DNA of 48,631 nucleotides. Source: a virus. A program made the translations under genes and the position numbers. The stretch lies in the IMG/VR virus record IMGVR_UViG_3300002175_000003, positions 1-48,631 of that record, one strand, 5' to 3'. Below are positions 24,942 to 32,944 of the stretch, piece by piece; positions within the stretch are counted from its first letter, which is position 1; the number at the start of each line of letters is the position of its first letter. The notes below the pieces were generated by a model. It had not been told where the DNA came from. It searched no databases and was given only the letters and a program-made list of their open reading frames with translations.

Positions 24942-25676
24942 ATGACAAAGAGATACGCACGCATCGTCGATGGCGTCGTTCGCGAGATCGTTACGCCGCT
25001 CGATGGCTTTGAGCTGGCCGATTGTTACGACGCCGAGTTTGTCGCCGCGTGCGTGCCATGCGGCGAGAATGTCGGCGAGGGTTGGACGTACGATCCACTC
25101 AATCGGGATTTTATCGCTTTCCAAGAATGGCTCGCGGCCGGCAACGTGTCCGATCCTGCCAACCCGCTTCCTCCTCCTCCAGAGCCGCTGTCAATCAGCA
25201 CGGTACCCCCGCTGAAAGTAACAACCAATAATAACGTCGCTACGGTGTCGCTTGCTGCTGGGAACGCGGGAGAGGTGCTTTCTATTGGTGCTGGCGGCAC
25301 TCCGGGTTGGGCGGCTCCGGCGGCTCCGGCGGGGGGCGGATTTCACTATTCTACTGCGGAACAATTAACTGGGGATTATTGGATTGATGGGAGGCCAGTG
25401 TACCGTAAAACAATTAGTATGGGAGCGCTCCCAAATAATACCATAAAAGGTAGCCTTCACGGACTTCCAGGCGGTACTTTTAGAATACTAAGGGTTTATG
25501 GGTATGCGTTTAGAACTACTAGCTATATTTGCATACCGATTCCAAATGCTCCCGGGAGCTTAGGGAACACGTGGCCTATTAGCGTATATACAGATGCAAC
25601 TTATGTTTGGTTAACTACTACAGTCGACATGACTTCTTTTGCAGAAAGTTACGTGACTATTGAGTATGTAAAATAA
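24942..25676 (+). CDS. tail fibre/adhesin protein (244 aa) with WIDGRPVYRK-type C-terminal domain
   Basis: Start at the ATG 24942 (MTKRYARIVDG). The AT-rich C-terminal half is paralogous to the C-terminus of 22514..23122. Confidence 0.65.
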   Translation: MTKRYARIVDGVVREIVTPLDGFELADCYDAEFVAACVPCGENVGEGWTYDPLNRDFIAFQEWLAAGNVSDPANPLPPPPEPLSISTVPPLKVTTNNNVATVSLAAGNAGEVLSIGAGGTPGWAAPAAPAGGGFHYSTAEQLTGDYWIDGRPVYRKTISMGALPNNTIKGSLHGLPGGTFRILRVYGYAFRTTSYICIPIPNAPGSLGNTWPISVYTDATYVWLTTTVDMTSFAESYVTIEYVK

Positions 25677-25690
25677 AAGGAAGCCCTAAC

Positions 25691-25831
25691 ATGCCATTCA
25701 AAAAGGTAGGAAAAAATGACTACCGGTCACCAAGCGGAAGGAAGTTCACAAAGAAGCAAGTTGTGGCCTACTACGCAACCGACGGATTTTCCCGCCCGGT
25801 TAGAAAAAAGCCCCCAGATAAGAAAAAATGA
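25691..25831 (+). CDS. small basic protein (46 aa)
   Basis: Not in the ORF track (under 60 aa). AAGGAAG lies 8 nt upstream of the ATG. Sequence MPFKKVGKNDYRSPSGRKFTKKQVVAYYATDGF.... Confidence 0.45.
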   Translation: MPFKKVGKNDYRSPSGRKFTKKQVVAYYATDGFSRPVRKKPPDKKK

Positions 25832-25835
25832 TGCC

Positions 25836-26006
25836 ATGCTGACAACCCACGCCGCCGTTACCGCAGTGTTCGTGTGGCTTGCGGATTGGTTCTGGCAAAA
25901 CCTGCCCGAAATGGCGTCATTTTACATGCTGATGTGCGTCGTTTATATGTCATTCCGGATGGCTGAAACATTGGGGTTTTTTGACAAATGGAAGAGACGC
26001 AGATGA
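25836..26006 (+). CDS. holin-like small membrane protein (56 aa, 2 TM, basic C-terminus KWKRRR)
   Basis: Internal ATG of ORF 25716..26006, just after the stop of the previous small ORF. Topology is typical of class II holins. Confidence 0.4.
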   Translation: MLTTHAAVTAVFVWLADWFWQNLPEMASFYMLMCVVYMSFRMAETLGFFDKWKRRR

Positions 26007-26188
26007 AGTTGAACGAATTTGCGATCGGGCTGATGAAGCAGATCGACATCCTGAAAAAGGAAGTACGCGAAAAATACGGGCAAGGGTCGTTGACGATTGC
26101 GCTCAACATGATCCACCAAGAGCTTGGGTACGTTGCTACGGACAAGCGGTCAAAGGAAATTGACGTAGCAAAGGGGCACATCGAATGA
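26003..26188 (+). CDS. hypothetical protein (61 aa)
   Basis: ATGA overlap with the previous stop. Confidence 0.45.
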   Translation: MKLNEFAIGLMKQIDILKKEVREKYGQGSLTIALNMIHQELGYVATDKRSKEIDVAKGHIE

Positions 26189-26364
26189 AGAAACCCGATC
26201 CGGAAACGTATTTTTTGGCGCGGCACTCAGGGTTGTTCCGCTACACGAACGATCCTGGCCAGCCACTCATGTTGTCTGTTACACTGCCGGCTCAGAAAGA
26301 GGAGCGAAAACGAGATGACCGTGTACAAAGGCGTCAACGCCTTCGGAAACAATCCCGGCGATAG
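26185..26364 (+). CDS. hypothetical protein (59 aa)
   Basis: Not in the ORF track. ATGA overlap with the previous stop. GC3 is high for the first ~40 codons only, and the last 50 nt overlap the next ORF. Confidence 0.35.
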   Translation: MKKPDPETYFLARHSGLFRYTNDPGQPLMLSVTLPAQKEERKRDDRVQRRQRLRKQSRR

Positions 26365-26566
26365 CCTACGGGCGCCGGTCACAACTTGGTCGGGCCACAG
26401 CGGCATGCCGGGCGGCAAGCTCGAACGCTATCCTGGCCCGACGGGCGACATTAGCGGCGGCAACCGCCGGCTCGCGAAAGCGACTTACGGCGAGGGTGAC
26501 GGCATGGCGACTGTCATGCGCGGGACGAATGCTTTCACAAGGAGTGCGAAACGTGGCAAAGTGTAA
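26315..26566 (+). CDS. hypothetical protein (83 aa)
   Basis: GAGGAG upstream; high GC3 throughout. Confidence 0.55.
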   Translation: MTVYKGVNAFGNNPGDSLRAPVTTWSGHSGMPGGKLERYPGPTGDISGGNRRLAKATYGEGDGMATVMRGTNAFTRSAKRGKV

Positions 26567-26684
26567 GCCTGAGGGCAAAAAAGAAGCCCCGAAGAGCGTA
26601 AAAATTGGCGGAAGTCACAAAGAGAATTACGCTCGTCATGAACGCGAGCATGTTGCGCGCGGTCATAAAAAAGGGAAGTGACCC

Positions 26685-27101
26685 ATGTTTTACCGACCGG
26701 GGGGCACCCATCGAGCCCCGAACAGACAGTACGACGAGGTTTACGCCGACTTCATTGACGGCGCGACGGATTGGCTCCCGGTCAACAAGGGCAATTGGGT
26801 CGGGGTGAATATTTGCCGCGCCTCGATAATTTTCCACTCGGAAACCCGCAGCGATGTTCACCGCATGCCGTGGGCGCCCGAGGTTCAAGTGTTGCTGGAA
26901 TGCAAGTCGATGGGCGGCCAGCCTGATCATTCGGCGTGGCCCATTGACCAATGGCAGAACCTCGTCGTGGCGACCGGCAGGCGTATAAATATTGACGGGT
27001 GGATACGGCTCCGAATTTTGAACATCAACAATGTCGACGGCACCGGCGTTTCGATGAAACTTCAAGTGTCGCGGTCTGGTGACGTGGGGGCGGGCTCATG
27101 A
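26685..27101 (+). CDS. hypothetical virion/tail protein (138 aa)
   Basis: AAGGGAAG SD. Coupled to the next gene. Confidence 0.55.
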   Translation: MFYRPGGTHRAPNRQYDEVYADFIDGATDWLPVNKGNWVGVNICRASIIFHSETRSDVHRMPWAPEVQVLLECKSMGGQPDHSAWPIDQWQNLVVATGRRINIDGWIRLRILNINNVDGTGVSMKLQVSRSGDVGAGS

Positions 27102-27742
27102 GCGGCTTTGACACGAGCGTATCGACGACAACCGCGCGGTTCATGGCAAAACAGTACGGTTCGATCTTGCGTGGTTACGGACCGCCGGTCCAGCAAGCAG
27201 GTGTTGCGGGCGACCTCTACATCGACGTGGTGACGTGGAAGCTTTACGAGAAGCGCGAGATAAACGGCATCCATGCGTGGGGCCACCATTTGTGGGTCGT
27301 GCCGGCACTCTACCGGTACGGGCTCAAATGGTTCGGGCCGTCGCGGCCGACGAACGATCTTGGCGTCGTGTCTGACTACTACTTGCAGTGGAGCGGCTGG
27401 AACAATTACGGCATGTGGCCGACGATTTGGGGCCCAAAAAACTGGTACGGCTGGCCCGAGAACGGCGACGGTCCTGGTCTGAAAATCGCTCTTGAGAACG
27501 CAGACAGCGTGCTGCCAGTCGGGCTGGTCGACGAGGGGCCGCGCGAGCAAGATATTGCGCCGCTGCAATTGATCGACACGGGGCTGCTTGATGAGATCAC
27601 CGTTCCGGTTCCGGTAACGGCGAATGCCGGCGAGTTGATCCTGCAACTCGGGCTGCAATCCGGCGGCTTCCTGTTCAAACTTCCGCTTAACCCGCTATGG
27701 CCGGTCGAAGACCGCCACCACATTGAAGGGCCTGGACGATGA
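27098..27742 (+). CDS. hypothetical virion/tail protein (214 aa)
   Basis: ATGA coupling on both sides. Confidence 0.55.
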   Translation: MSGFDTSVSTTTARFMAKQYGSILRGYGPPVQQAGVAGDLYIDVVTWKLYEKREINGIHAWGHHLWVVPALYRYGLKWFGPSRPTNDLGVVSDYYLQWSGWNNYGMWPTIWGPKNWYGWPENGDGPGLKIALENADSVLPVGLVDEGPREQDIAPLQLIDTGLLDEITVPVPVTANAGELILQLGLQSGGFLFKLPLNPLWPVEDRHHIEGPGR

Positions 27743-29070
27743 GTTACACGGCACAGACGGATTTCCTTGGCCTTTGGCGTATGACCTCGACGGGCGTCGA
27801 GAAGGCCATGATGCCGGGCCTTGACTGGTGGGTTGCGGCCATGGGCCGAGCCGGCCTGATCAATGTTTTTGTGAGCAGGACTCCGCCGACGGTGAACCAG
27901 CCAACCACGGCGTGGTTCATGCCGGCGAGCCCGTCATATGCGGCTGAAGGCGTGCTGTTCCTCTGGAACGGCAACCAGTACGTGCCGGCAACGCCTGATC
28001 TGTTCCTGCGCCTGATGATGTTCACCGGTCTGGGGCTATCCGGGCTGCTCGATGACTACTTTGGCGACGAACAAGGTTCGATTATCTACCGCGACATTGA
28101 CGTATGGAAAGCGCTCCCGCCTGGCAATCCTGGCGCCGTGCTCACCACAATGGGGTTGCATGCCAACCCGATCTGGCGCGCCATTACGGCTTCTCTCGTG
28201 GCGAATGACAGCACGGCGCCCGGCACAACGGTCGCCGACGCATTGAGTTTGCTTCGGGATGCTTTGAGCCTGCTGACGAGTGACGATATCCACAATGCGT
28301 CAACTGTTCCTGGCGTGACGGTCACGCAAGCCCTTGATGCGCTCGTTAATGCCATTAACGGTATTGATAATGCGCACGTTCATAACCTTTCGAATGTTCC
28401 CGGCGCCACGACGAAGGACGCCCTGAATGCGATATATGCCAACCCATTTGCGGGTTTCGGCTACGGCACGGCTGGCTACGTGCTGACTTCAACCGGTCCC
28501 GGTACGCCCCCAGTCTGGAAGTCGCTTTCTTTGGCGATTGGGACGAGTGGCGTAACGAACCAAAGTGGCGTTCCTGGTGCTACGGCGACAGATGCGCTGA
28601 ATTACATACAGGGTGAAATTGCCGCGCTCCAGCAGGGCGGCTCCGGCACCCCTTCCCCAAGTAATAGATGGCCTGTGGGGTGCAATTGGGTTGTGCCTCC
28701 TTTTCTTACCGTCAACTTTGACAATAGTCCCAGCGGAACTATGTTCATCGTTGAAACTTCACTTGTAATTCTTGACTACATTGGAGTGGGGCAGGGAATT
28801 TACTACAACAACGCTGGTGCATTCGACAGGACGCCGGACACTACGGGTAACGGGGGTATTACAGGTAGAGCTTTTACCCAGTCAGATGTCGCACAATCTA
28901 GGTCTGGCGTAATAACGGGAACGTATTCAGCGGTACCTCCCGTACCTGGTACATGGATTGGCGTGAATGGTACTCCAGATGAAGTTGTTATGATGTCATA
29001 TAATGTCGATCTTACACCTAACAAAAAATGGGATGGCAGCCCCTCAACCCAATTTGTACGTATTGCATAA
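27739..29070 (+). CDS. tail fibre protein (443 aa) with switchable C-terminal receptor-binding tip (currently tip A)
   Basis: Four N.S.VPG.T..DAL repeats. N-terminal ~95 aa paralogous to 32902..33513. The constant/variable junction coincides with the left inverted repeat at 28634-28692. Confidence 0.8.
   Translation: MSYTAQTDFLGLWRMTSTGVEKAMMPGLDWWVAAMGRAGLINVFVSRTPPTVNQPTTAWFMPASPSYAAEGVLFLWNGNQYVPATPDLFLRLMMFTGLGLSGLLDDYFGDEQGSIIYRDIDVWKALPPGNPGAVLTTMGLHANPIWRAITASLVANDSTAPGTTVADALSLLRDALSLLTSDDIHNASTVPGVTVTQALDALVNAINGIDNAHVHNLSNVPGATTKDALNAIYANPFAGFGYGTAGYVLTSTGPGTPPVWKSLSLAIGTSGVTNQSGVPGATATDALNYIQGEIAALQQGGSGTPSPSNRWPVGCNWVVPPFLTVNFDNSPSGTMFIVETSLVILDYIGVGQGIYYNNAGAFDRTPDTTGNGGITGRAFTQSDVAQSRSGVITGTYSAVPPVPGTWIGVNGTPDEVVMMSYNVDLTPNKKWDGSPSTQFVRIA
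28634..28692 (+). repeat. Left inverted repeat (59 bp, perfect) of the putative invertible segment
   Basis: AGGGCGGCTCCGGCACCCCTTCCCCAAGTAATAGATGGCCTGTGGGGTGCAATTGGGTT equals the reverse complement of 29824-29882. Confidence 0.95.
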
Positions 29071-29110
29071 ACATGCTACGGTGCGTTGTAGACCCCATGG
29101 AGGATAAAAA

Positions 29111-29440
29111 ATGCAGCGCACTCTCGCATCTGCTACCGATCTTGAATACTCCACTGCCGACAACAAGATGATCCGCATGCAGGCAAAATTCTTGGAGCTA
29201 GATTTTTCGGTTCCTTTTGACGCCTGTTTGACCTTTCCGGATGCACACCAGCGCAATGCTTACACCCGCGCCGTCGCCGGTGAGTTTGGTCCTGTCGCAC
29301 CGTATAAACCAATCACAATGAAAGGTTTCAAGCTCGACGAAAATGGCAAACCTGTAAAAGGCGAAGAAACCGATACGTTAATTCGGCATGCGTATTTAGG
29401 CGAAAATAACCAACTGCGGTTTGAGTATAAGGCGGCCTAG
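29111..29440 (+). CDS. hypothetical protein (109 aa), possibly a fibre assembly factor for tip A
   Basis: GGAGGA SD. Position is analogous to Mu U. The function is inference only. Confidence 0.5.
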   Translation: MQRTLASATDLEYSTADNKMIRMQAKFLELDFSVPFDACLTFPDAHQRNAYTRAVAGEFGPVAPYKPITMKGFKLDENGKPVKGEETDTLIRHAYLGENNQLRFEYKAA

Positions 29441-29453
29441 GCCGCCTTTTTTT
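29431..29453 (+). terminator. Rho-independent terminator (plus strand)
   Basis: GGCGGCC-TA-GGCCGCC palindrome followed by T7. Confidence 0.8.
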
Positions 29454-29823
29454 ATGCGATACGTATAAATTGATTTGACGGATAAGTTGGTTTGAAACCA
29501 CCGATACTAGAGCCAGAGAGTTGCACTTCGTATTTTGCCCCGTTTACCCCAATCCATGTTCCATCGACAGGCGGTATACTGTATGCAGTCTCAAATATCG
29601 ATGGCGCTATCGCGATACATTGCGCCCGCGTAAATGGCGCAGATGCACCCATTATGTCCGTGTAAAAGGTACTGCCTATATTTTTACCGTCCATGCTAGG
29701 TTCAGCAGTAGCTGCATAGAGATGGTAAAAAACATACACCGTATCGGGAATTATACCGGTAAAAACGATAGCGTATGCCGTGGCGCTTCCTGCACTCGGG
29801 TCTCCAGTAGTTTCCCATGCGAT
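29452..29823 (-). other. Promoterless, start-less alternative fibre tip cassette (tip B, 124 codons)
   Basis: The frame stays open through the right inverted repeat. Shares GCNWV, P(V)(P/D)GTWIGVNG and a terminal QF(V/I)RIA with tip A. No SD or ATG of its own. Confidence 0.75.
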
Positions 29824-29882
29824 AACCCAATTGCACCCCACAGGCCATCTATTACTTGGGGAAGGGGTGCCGGAGCCGCCCT
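29824..29882 (-). repeat. Right inverted repeat (59 bp, perfect)
   Basis: Reverse complement of 28634-28692. Overlaps the terL stop codon (29881-29883) by 2 nt. Confidence 0.95.
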
Positions 29883-31416
29883 ATCTCGGTGTGTCGTAGT
29901 CGTTGACGGCAAACGTGCAGATCACCGCGTCGAGGCGGTCGGGAGACCGGCCAATTTCTGCCCGTATCTTTTCTTTCGGCGTAACGAACAGGCGCGCATG
30001 CTCGTCGCGACGACAGCCGGCGGTCCCCCATTTGTATGCAGCGCATTCTTCTTGCAGCATTTTGTCATTCTTGACCGAGACTGACCCGTTCAAATACTGG
30101 GCAAATTTGAAGTGAAGCTCAGCGCGACGATTGGCAAACTGCACGGAATTATGGGCGCCAGAACCGAAGCTGACCGGGATGATCCTGTTCCCCCGGTCGC
30201 GCATTCGCAGCCGGAGAGCGTCGACGAGACCCTTGCCGATGCCGGTCGAGTCAATGCAGATGACGTCCATATCGTAGCGTTCGTACGCGGCCCGTATCCA
30301 GTCTGCCTGGACGTTCTGGTCGGAATTTTTAATCTCGCCCCAAATTCTGTTCCCGATGCAGCACCCCTGGCGGTCGCAGACGAACGTGCTGTCGGAACCG
30401 TCGCCGGCTGGATCGACAGCCAGAATTTTCAACGTTCCTTCCGTCGGCGGAACCCGAGACAGCATGGCTTGCTGGACGAGTGACGGCGGGAAGAAATCGA
30501 GAGTGCTGTCGGCCAGAAAACATTCGGAATAAGTGACTGGAAATTCTTGTCGCGTGAGCCGATGAATGCTGTCAGGCGTGCCGCCGTTCATTGTGGCGAT
30601 GTCGTAGTTCTTCCGATAAAACCAGTAAGTTTGCGGCGGCGTCAACCTATGGATGCGACTGTACTCGACGAGTTCAAGTGGAGGCTGCCACTTATCCGGA
30701 ACCTCTTCTTTGTAGTCCACCATGGCGGTCCATGGTAGAAAATGCATGCGCCAAAGACCGGTGTTGTTTTCCCGATGCGCCTGTTCGCACATATTGAAAA
30801 ACATGCCGCTCGCCCCGTTGCCGGTCGATTCCATGAAAATTTCCGTGCCGACTTGATCGAGCACGGTCTGTAAAATTCCAGACGACAAGTCTTCGGTGTT
30901 GTCAAAAAAAGCGGCCTCGGAAAAGTGTAGATAGTGAGTGTCTTCTGACCGCCCGATGTTCCCGCCTTCCGCCGACGAAACGCGGTAGGACGATTGGAGT
31001 CGGCTGAAAATCAACTCACGTGCGTTTGAGGCGCCGGTCACTGGCCGGATAGGTTCCGGAAGTTCTTCGTAGAATGTGCGGACTTCGCGATGAAGGTGGC
31101 TGGCGCTATCGTTACGGTGAGCCACAACGTGGGCTCGCCGGCCGCGTTTTGACAAGACTGCGTGGAAGAACCGCGCGCTGATGTAGGTTGAAACGCCCAT
31201 GCGGCGCGCTTTTGGGACAAGCGCGCGCACGCGGCCGTACGTTTTCCTCTCCAATTCGATACGCTGGTGGAGAATTTCTTGTGCTGGGTTGAGGATAAAG
31301 TGGATGCGTCGGCCGCCTTCGCGCGGCCGAATCATCAGGAATCTTTCGCGGTACCAGTTGAAATCGCAGATGCGGTCACTGATAGCTTGCGGGGTTGCCC
31401 TTTCCCATGGCCACAT
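29881..31416 (-). CDS. terL: terminase large subunit
   Basis: Walker A-like KARRMGVST. Nuclease-domain motifs AVDPAGDGSD, IDSTGIGKG and C-terminal SPDRLDAV. Confidence 0.85.
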   Translation of the reverse strand: MWPWERATPQAISDRICDFNWYRERFLMIRPREGGRRIHFILNPAQEILHQRIELERKTYGRVRALVPKARRMGVSTYISARFFHAVLSKRGRRAHVVAHRNDSASHLHREVRTFYEELPEPIRPVTGASNARELIFSRLQSSYRVSSAEGGNIGRSEDTHYLHFSEAAFFDNTEDLSSGILQTVLDQVGTEIFMESTGNGASGMFFNMCEQAHRENNTGLWRMHFLPWTAMVDYKEEVPDKWQPPLELVEYSRIHRLTPPQTYWFYRKNYDIATMNGGTPDSIHRLTRQEFPVTYSECFLADSTLDFFPPSLVQQAMLSRVPPTEGTLKILAVDPAGDGSDSTFVCDRQGCCIGNRIWGEIKNSDQNVQADWIRAAYERYDMDVICIDSTGIGKGLVDALRLRMRDRGNRIIPVSFGSGAHNSVQFANRRAELHFKFAQYLNGSVSVKNDKMLQEECAAYKWGTAGCRRDEHARLFVTPKEKIRAEIGRSPDRLDAVICTFAVNDYDTPR

Positions 31417-31637
31417 TATTTTTTGCCGGTTTTTATTTCCAAGCCAAAAATTAGCCCGAGGCCAATGAGCAGGGCGTTCCCGAGGTCGATGCTTTCAAAC
31501 CCTGGAATCTCAACCCCAAATACTGACCGCGCGGTTGCGGCAGCAATAACTGCAAGACCGGCGACGGTCGTTTTCCAGTGTATGAGACATTGCTGAAGGA
31601 ACGAGGATTTTTCGGGTGTCGTAGGGGTATCGGTCAT
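31416..31637 (-). CDS. small membrane protein (73 aa, 2 TM); holin candidate
   Basis: Start at the ATG 31637 with AAGGAGAA 7 nt upstream. The stop overlaps the terL ATG. Confidence 0.5.
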   Translation of the reverse strand: MTDTPTTPEKSSFLQQCLIHWKTTVAGLAVIAAATARSVFGVEIPGFESIDLGNALLIGLGLIFGLEIKTGKK

Positions 31638-31657
31638 AGTTGCGTTCTCCTTTGAAT

Positions 31658-31670
31658 CCGTACACACTAC
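31658..31670. promoter_or_regulatory. CCGTACACACTAC copy of the strand-switch motif
   Basis: Lies in the 37-nt divergent gap between 31637(-) and 31675(+). Confidence 0.5.
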
Positions 31671-31674
31671 TACC

Positions 31675-32091
31675 ATGAAGCGTCTTGAGCATCAATTATC
31701 CGTTATTTTTCGTCCGCCGGGCGGTGCGCCGTTTCGTGTGGATGTCCAACGCCTTCGGGACGCCGTAACAATAGCGAGGCTAGCAAACATGAGTGCTCTG
31801 TCTGAAAAGCTTGCGAAAGCCCGCCAAGTCGCGAGCGACTTGCGCGGAAAGATGATGAGGGATGCCGATGCCCTGCTGGCAAAAGGCGAGAAGCTTGACA
31901 AGAAGCGAGAAGAAGTTTTTGCCGCGCACCAAGCCGATCTCGACACTTCAGCAGGCGAGCTTGACGCTCTTGACCGAGAGCTTGACCTTTTCTCCAACGA
32001 GCCCCGCCCTACGCCGCCTACCTCAGGTGGCGTTGCCGGTGGCGGAACGGATATTAATTGGGTGCGGAATGATCCAAAGAGCGTTATCTAG
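31675..32091 (+). CDS. coiled-coil hypothetical protein (138 aa or shorter)
   Basis: ORF track. Charged heptad-like central region. The start is uncertain (an internal MSALSEKL is possible). Confidence 0.45.
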   Translation: MKRLEHQLSVIFRPPGGAPFRVDVQRLRDAVTIARLANMSALSEKLAKARQVASDLRGKMMRDADALLAKGEKLDKKREEVFAAHQADLDTSAGELDALDRELDLFSNEPRPTPPTSGGVAGGGTDINWVRNDPKSVI

Positions 32092-32431
32092 CCTGGTGCT
32101 GGCGATCGTGCTGTCGGGGTGCCAGCACGTAAGCATCCCCGACCACCAGCCCGCCGGCTGGCACCGGCCGGCCAAATGGTGCGGCTGGTGGCTGGCGACT
32201 CGACACCGCATGTTTGATCGCCGCCTGTGGAAAGCTTCTGAGTGGCGCCATGTTGGGATGCCGGCCCCCGGTCCCGCACCAGGAGTCATTGGCGTCCTCC
32301 CCCATCATGTTTTCGAAGTCGTTGAAGCAGGGCCACCTGGCTTCGTTCTCGCGATATCGGGCAACTACAGGCACGCCGTCCGCGAGCATCGGCAATCGAC
32401 TCGTGGGGTTGTCTGGCGGCGACTACCGTGA
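32069..32431 (+). CDS. lipoprotein with NlpC/P60-like (TIGR02594-like) cell-wall peptidase domain (120 aa)
   Basis: Lipobox LSGC after a hydrophobic h-region. WCGWW...ASEW..G......PG.IGV...HHV..V.......ISGNY..AV pattern. High GC3. Confidence 0.55.
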   Translation: MIQRALSSLVLAIVLSGCQHVSIPDHQPAGWHRPAKWCGWWLATRHRMFDRRLWKASEWRHVGMPAPGPAPGVIGVLPHHVFEVVEAGPPGFVLAISGNYRHAVREHRQSTRGVVWRRLP

Positions 32432-32944
32432 ATACGGATCGTAGTTGACTGGCGGGTACCAACTTCCCATGAACAATTCCGGCTGGCGGGTGACCGGAAC
32501 CCGCTGGACATGGCCGCCATCAATGAACGAGCTTGTGCGACCGGTCCCCCAGTCAATGCCGGAGACGAGTTTGAACTGTCTCGCCAGATCGCGTAAAAAT
32601 AAGTAGTATTTAATGTCTCCTTGGTATTTCCCGCCTGAGAATATCCCGAGGTCTGCCGCAACCCCGTAGCCATGCGTTCCGACGGTCCGGAGTTGCGTGG
32701 CTTTCTGCATGAACAGCCTGGATTGCCGGGCTTGCGACCGGTAGGTTTCGAGGACTCGTACGTCGATACCGCGCTCCTTGGCCTTGTTGGTGAGCGCCTG
32801 GACGGCCGCGCGCGTGCCGGGCTCCAGCATGGCAAGGTCTTTGCAGATTTCGCCATCTTTCCGGAACCATGGCGAGTTGCGAATGACCTCCTGGTAGAAA
32901 TTCACACCAGCACCCAATTTCCAGTTGCGGCGGTCGCGAACCAT
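32423..32944 (-). CDS. endolysin, peptidase M15 (VanY/LAS-type) family
   Basis: YRSQARQ, HGYGVAADL and DGGHVQ zinc-ligand motifs. The start may be internal, because the ORF overlaps the upstream gene by 43 nt. Confidence 0.75.
   Translation of the reverse strand: MVRDRRNWKLGAGVNFYQEVIRNSPWFRKDGEICKDLAMLEPGTRAAVQALTNKAKERGIDVRVLETYRSQARQSRLFMQKATQLRTVGTHGYGVAADLGIFSGGKYQGDIKYYLFLRDLARQFKLVSGIDWGTGRTSSFIDGGHVQRVPVTRQPELFMGSWYPPVNYDPYSR

Larger units (their letters stand above)
28634..29882. mobile_element. Putative invertible DNA segment (1249 bp) carrying tip A, a 109-aa ORF and an antisense tip B
   Basis: Perfect 59-bp inverted repeats sit in frame within the fibre ORF. Inversion would give an in-frame 442-aa fusion. 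Confidence 0.7.

Noticed and set aside
26535-27658. Minus-strand ORFs of 176 and 198 aa
   Set aside because: They are antisense shadows of the plus-strand genes 26685..27101 and 27098..27742, which are translationally coupled within the late operon. The minus ORFs have R/P-rich compositions typical of GC-rich antisense frames.
28634-29882. Diversity-generating retroelement (template/variable repeat pair) acting on the fibre tip
   Set aside because: The repeat pair is inverted and 100% identical, with no adenine-specific mismatches. No reverse transcriptase ORF is recognisable in the genome.
31692-32395. Minus-strand ORFs (31692..31997, 32023..32289, 32084..32395) that would keep this block on one strand
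   Set aside because: Their translations are Ser/Arg/Ala low-complexity mirror images of the plus-strand coiled-coil and lipoprotein ORFs. The plus ORFs have a lipobox, a peptidase-like pattern and high GC3.
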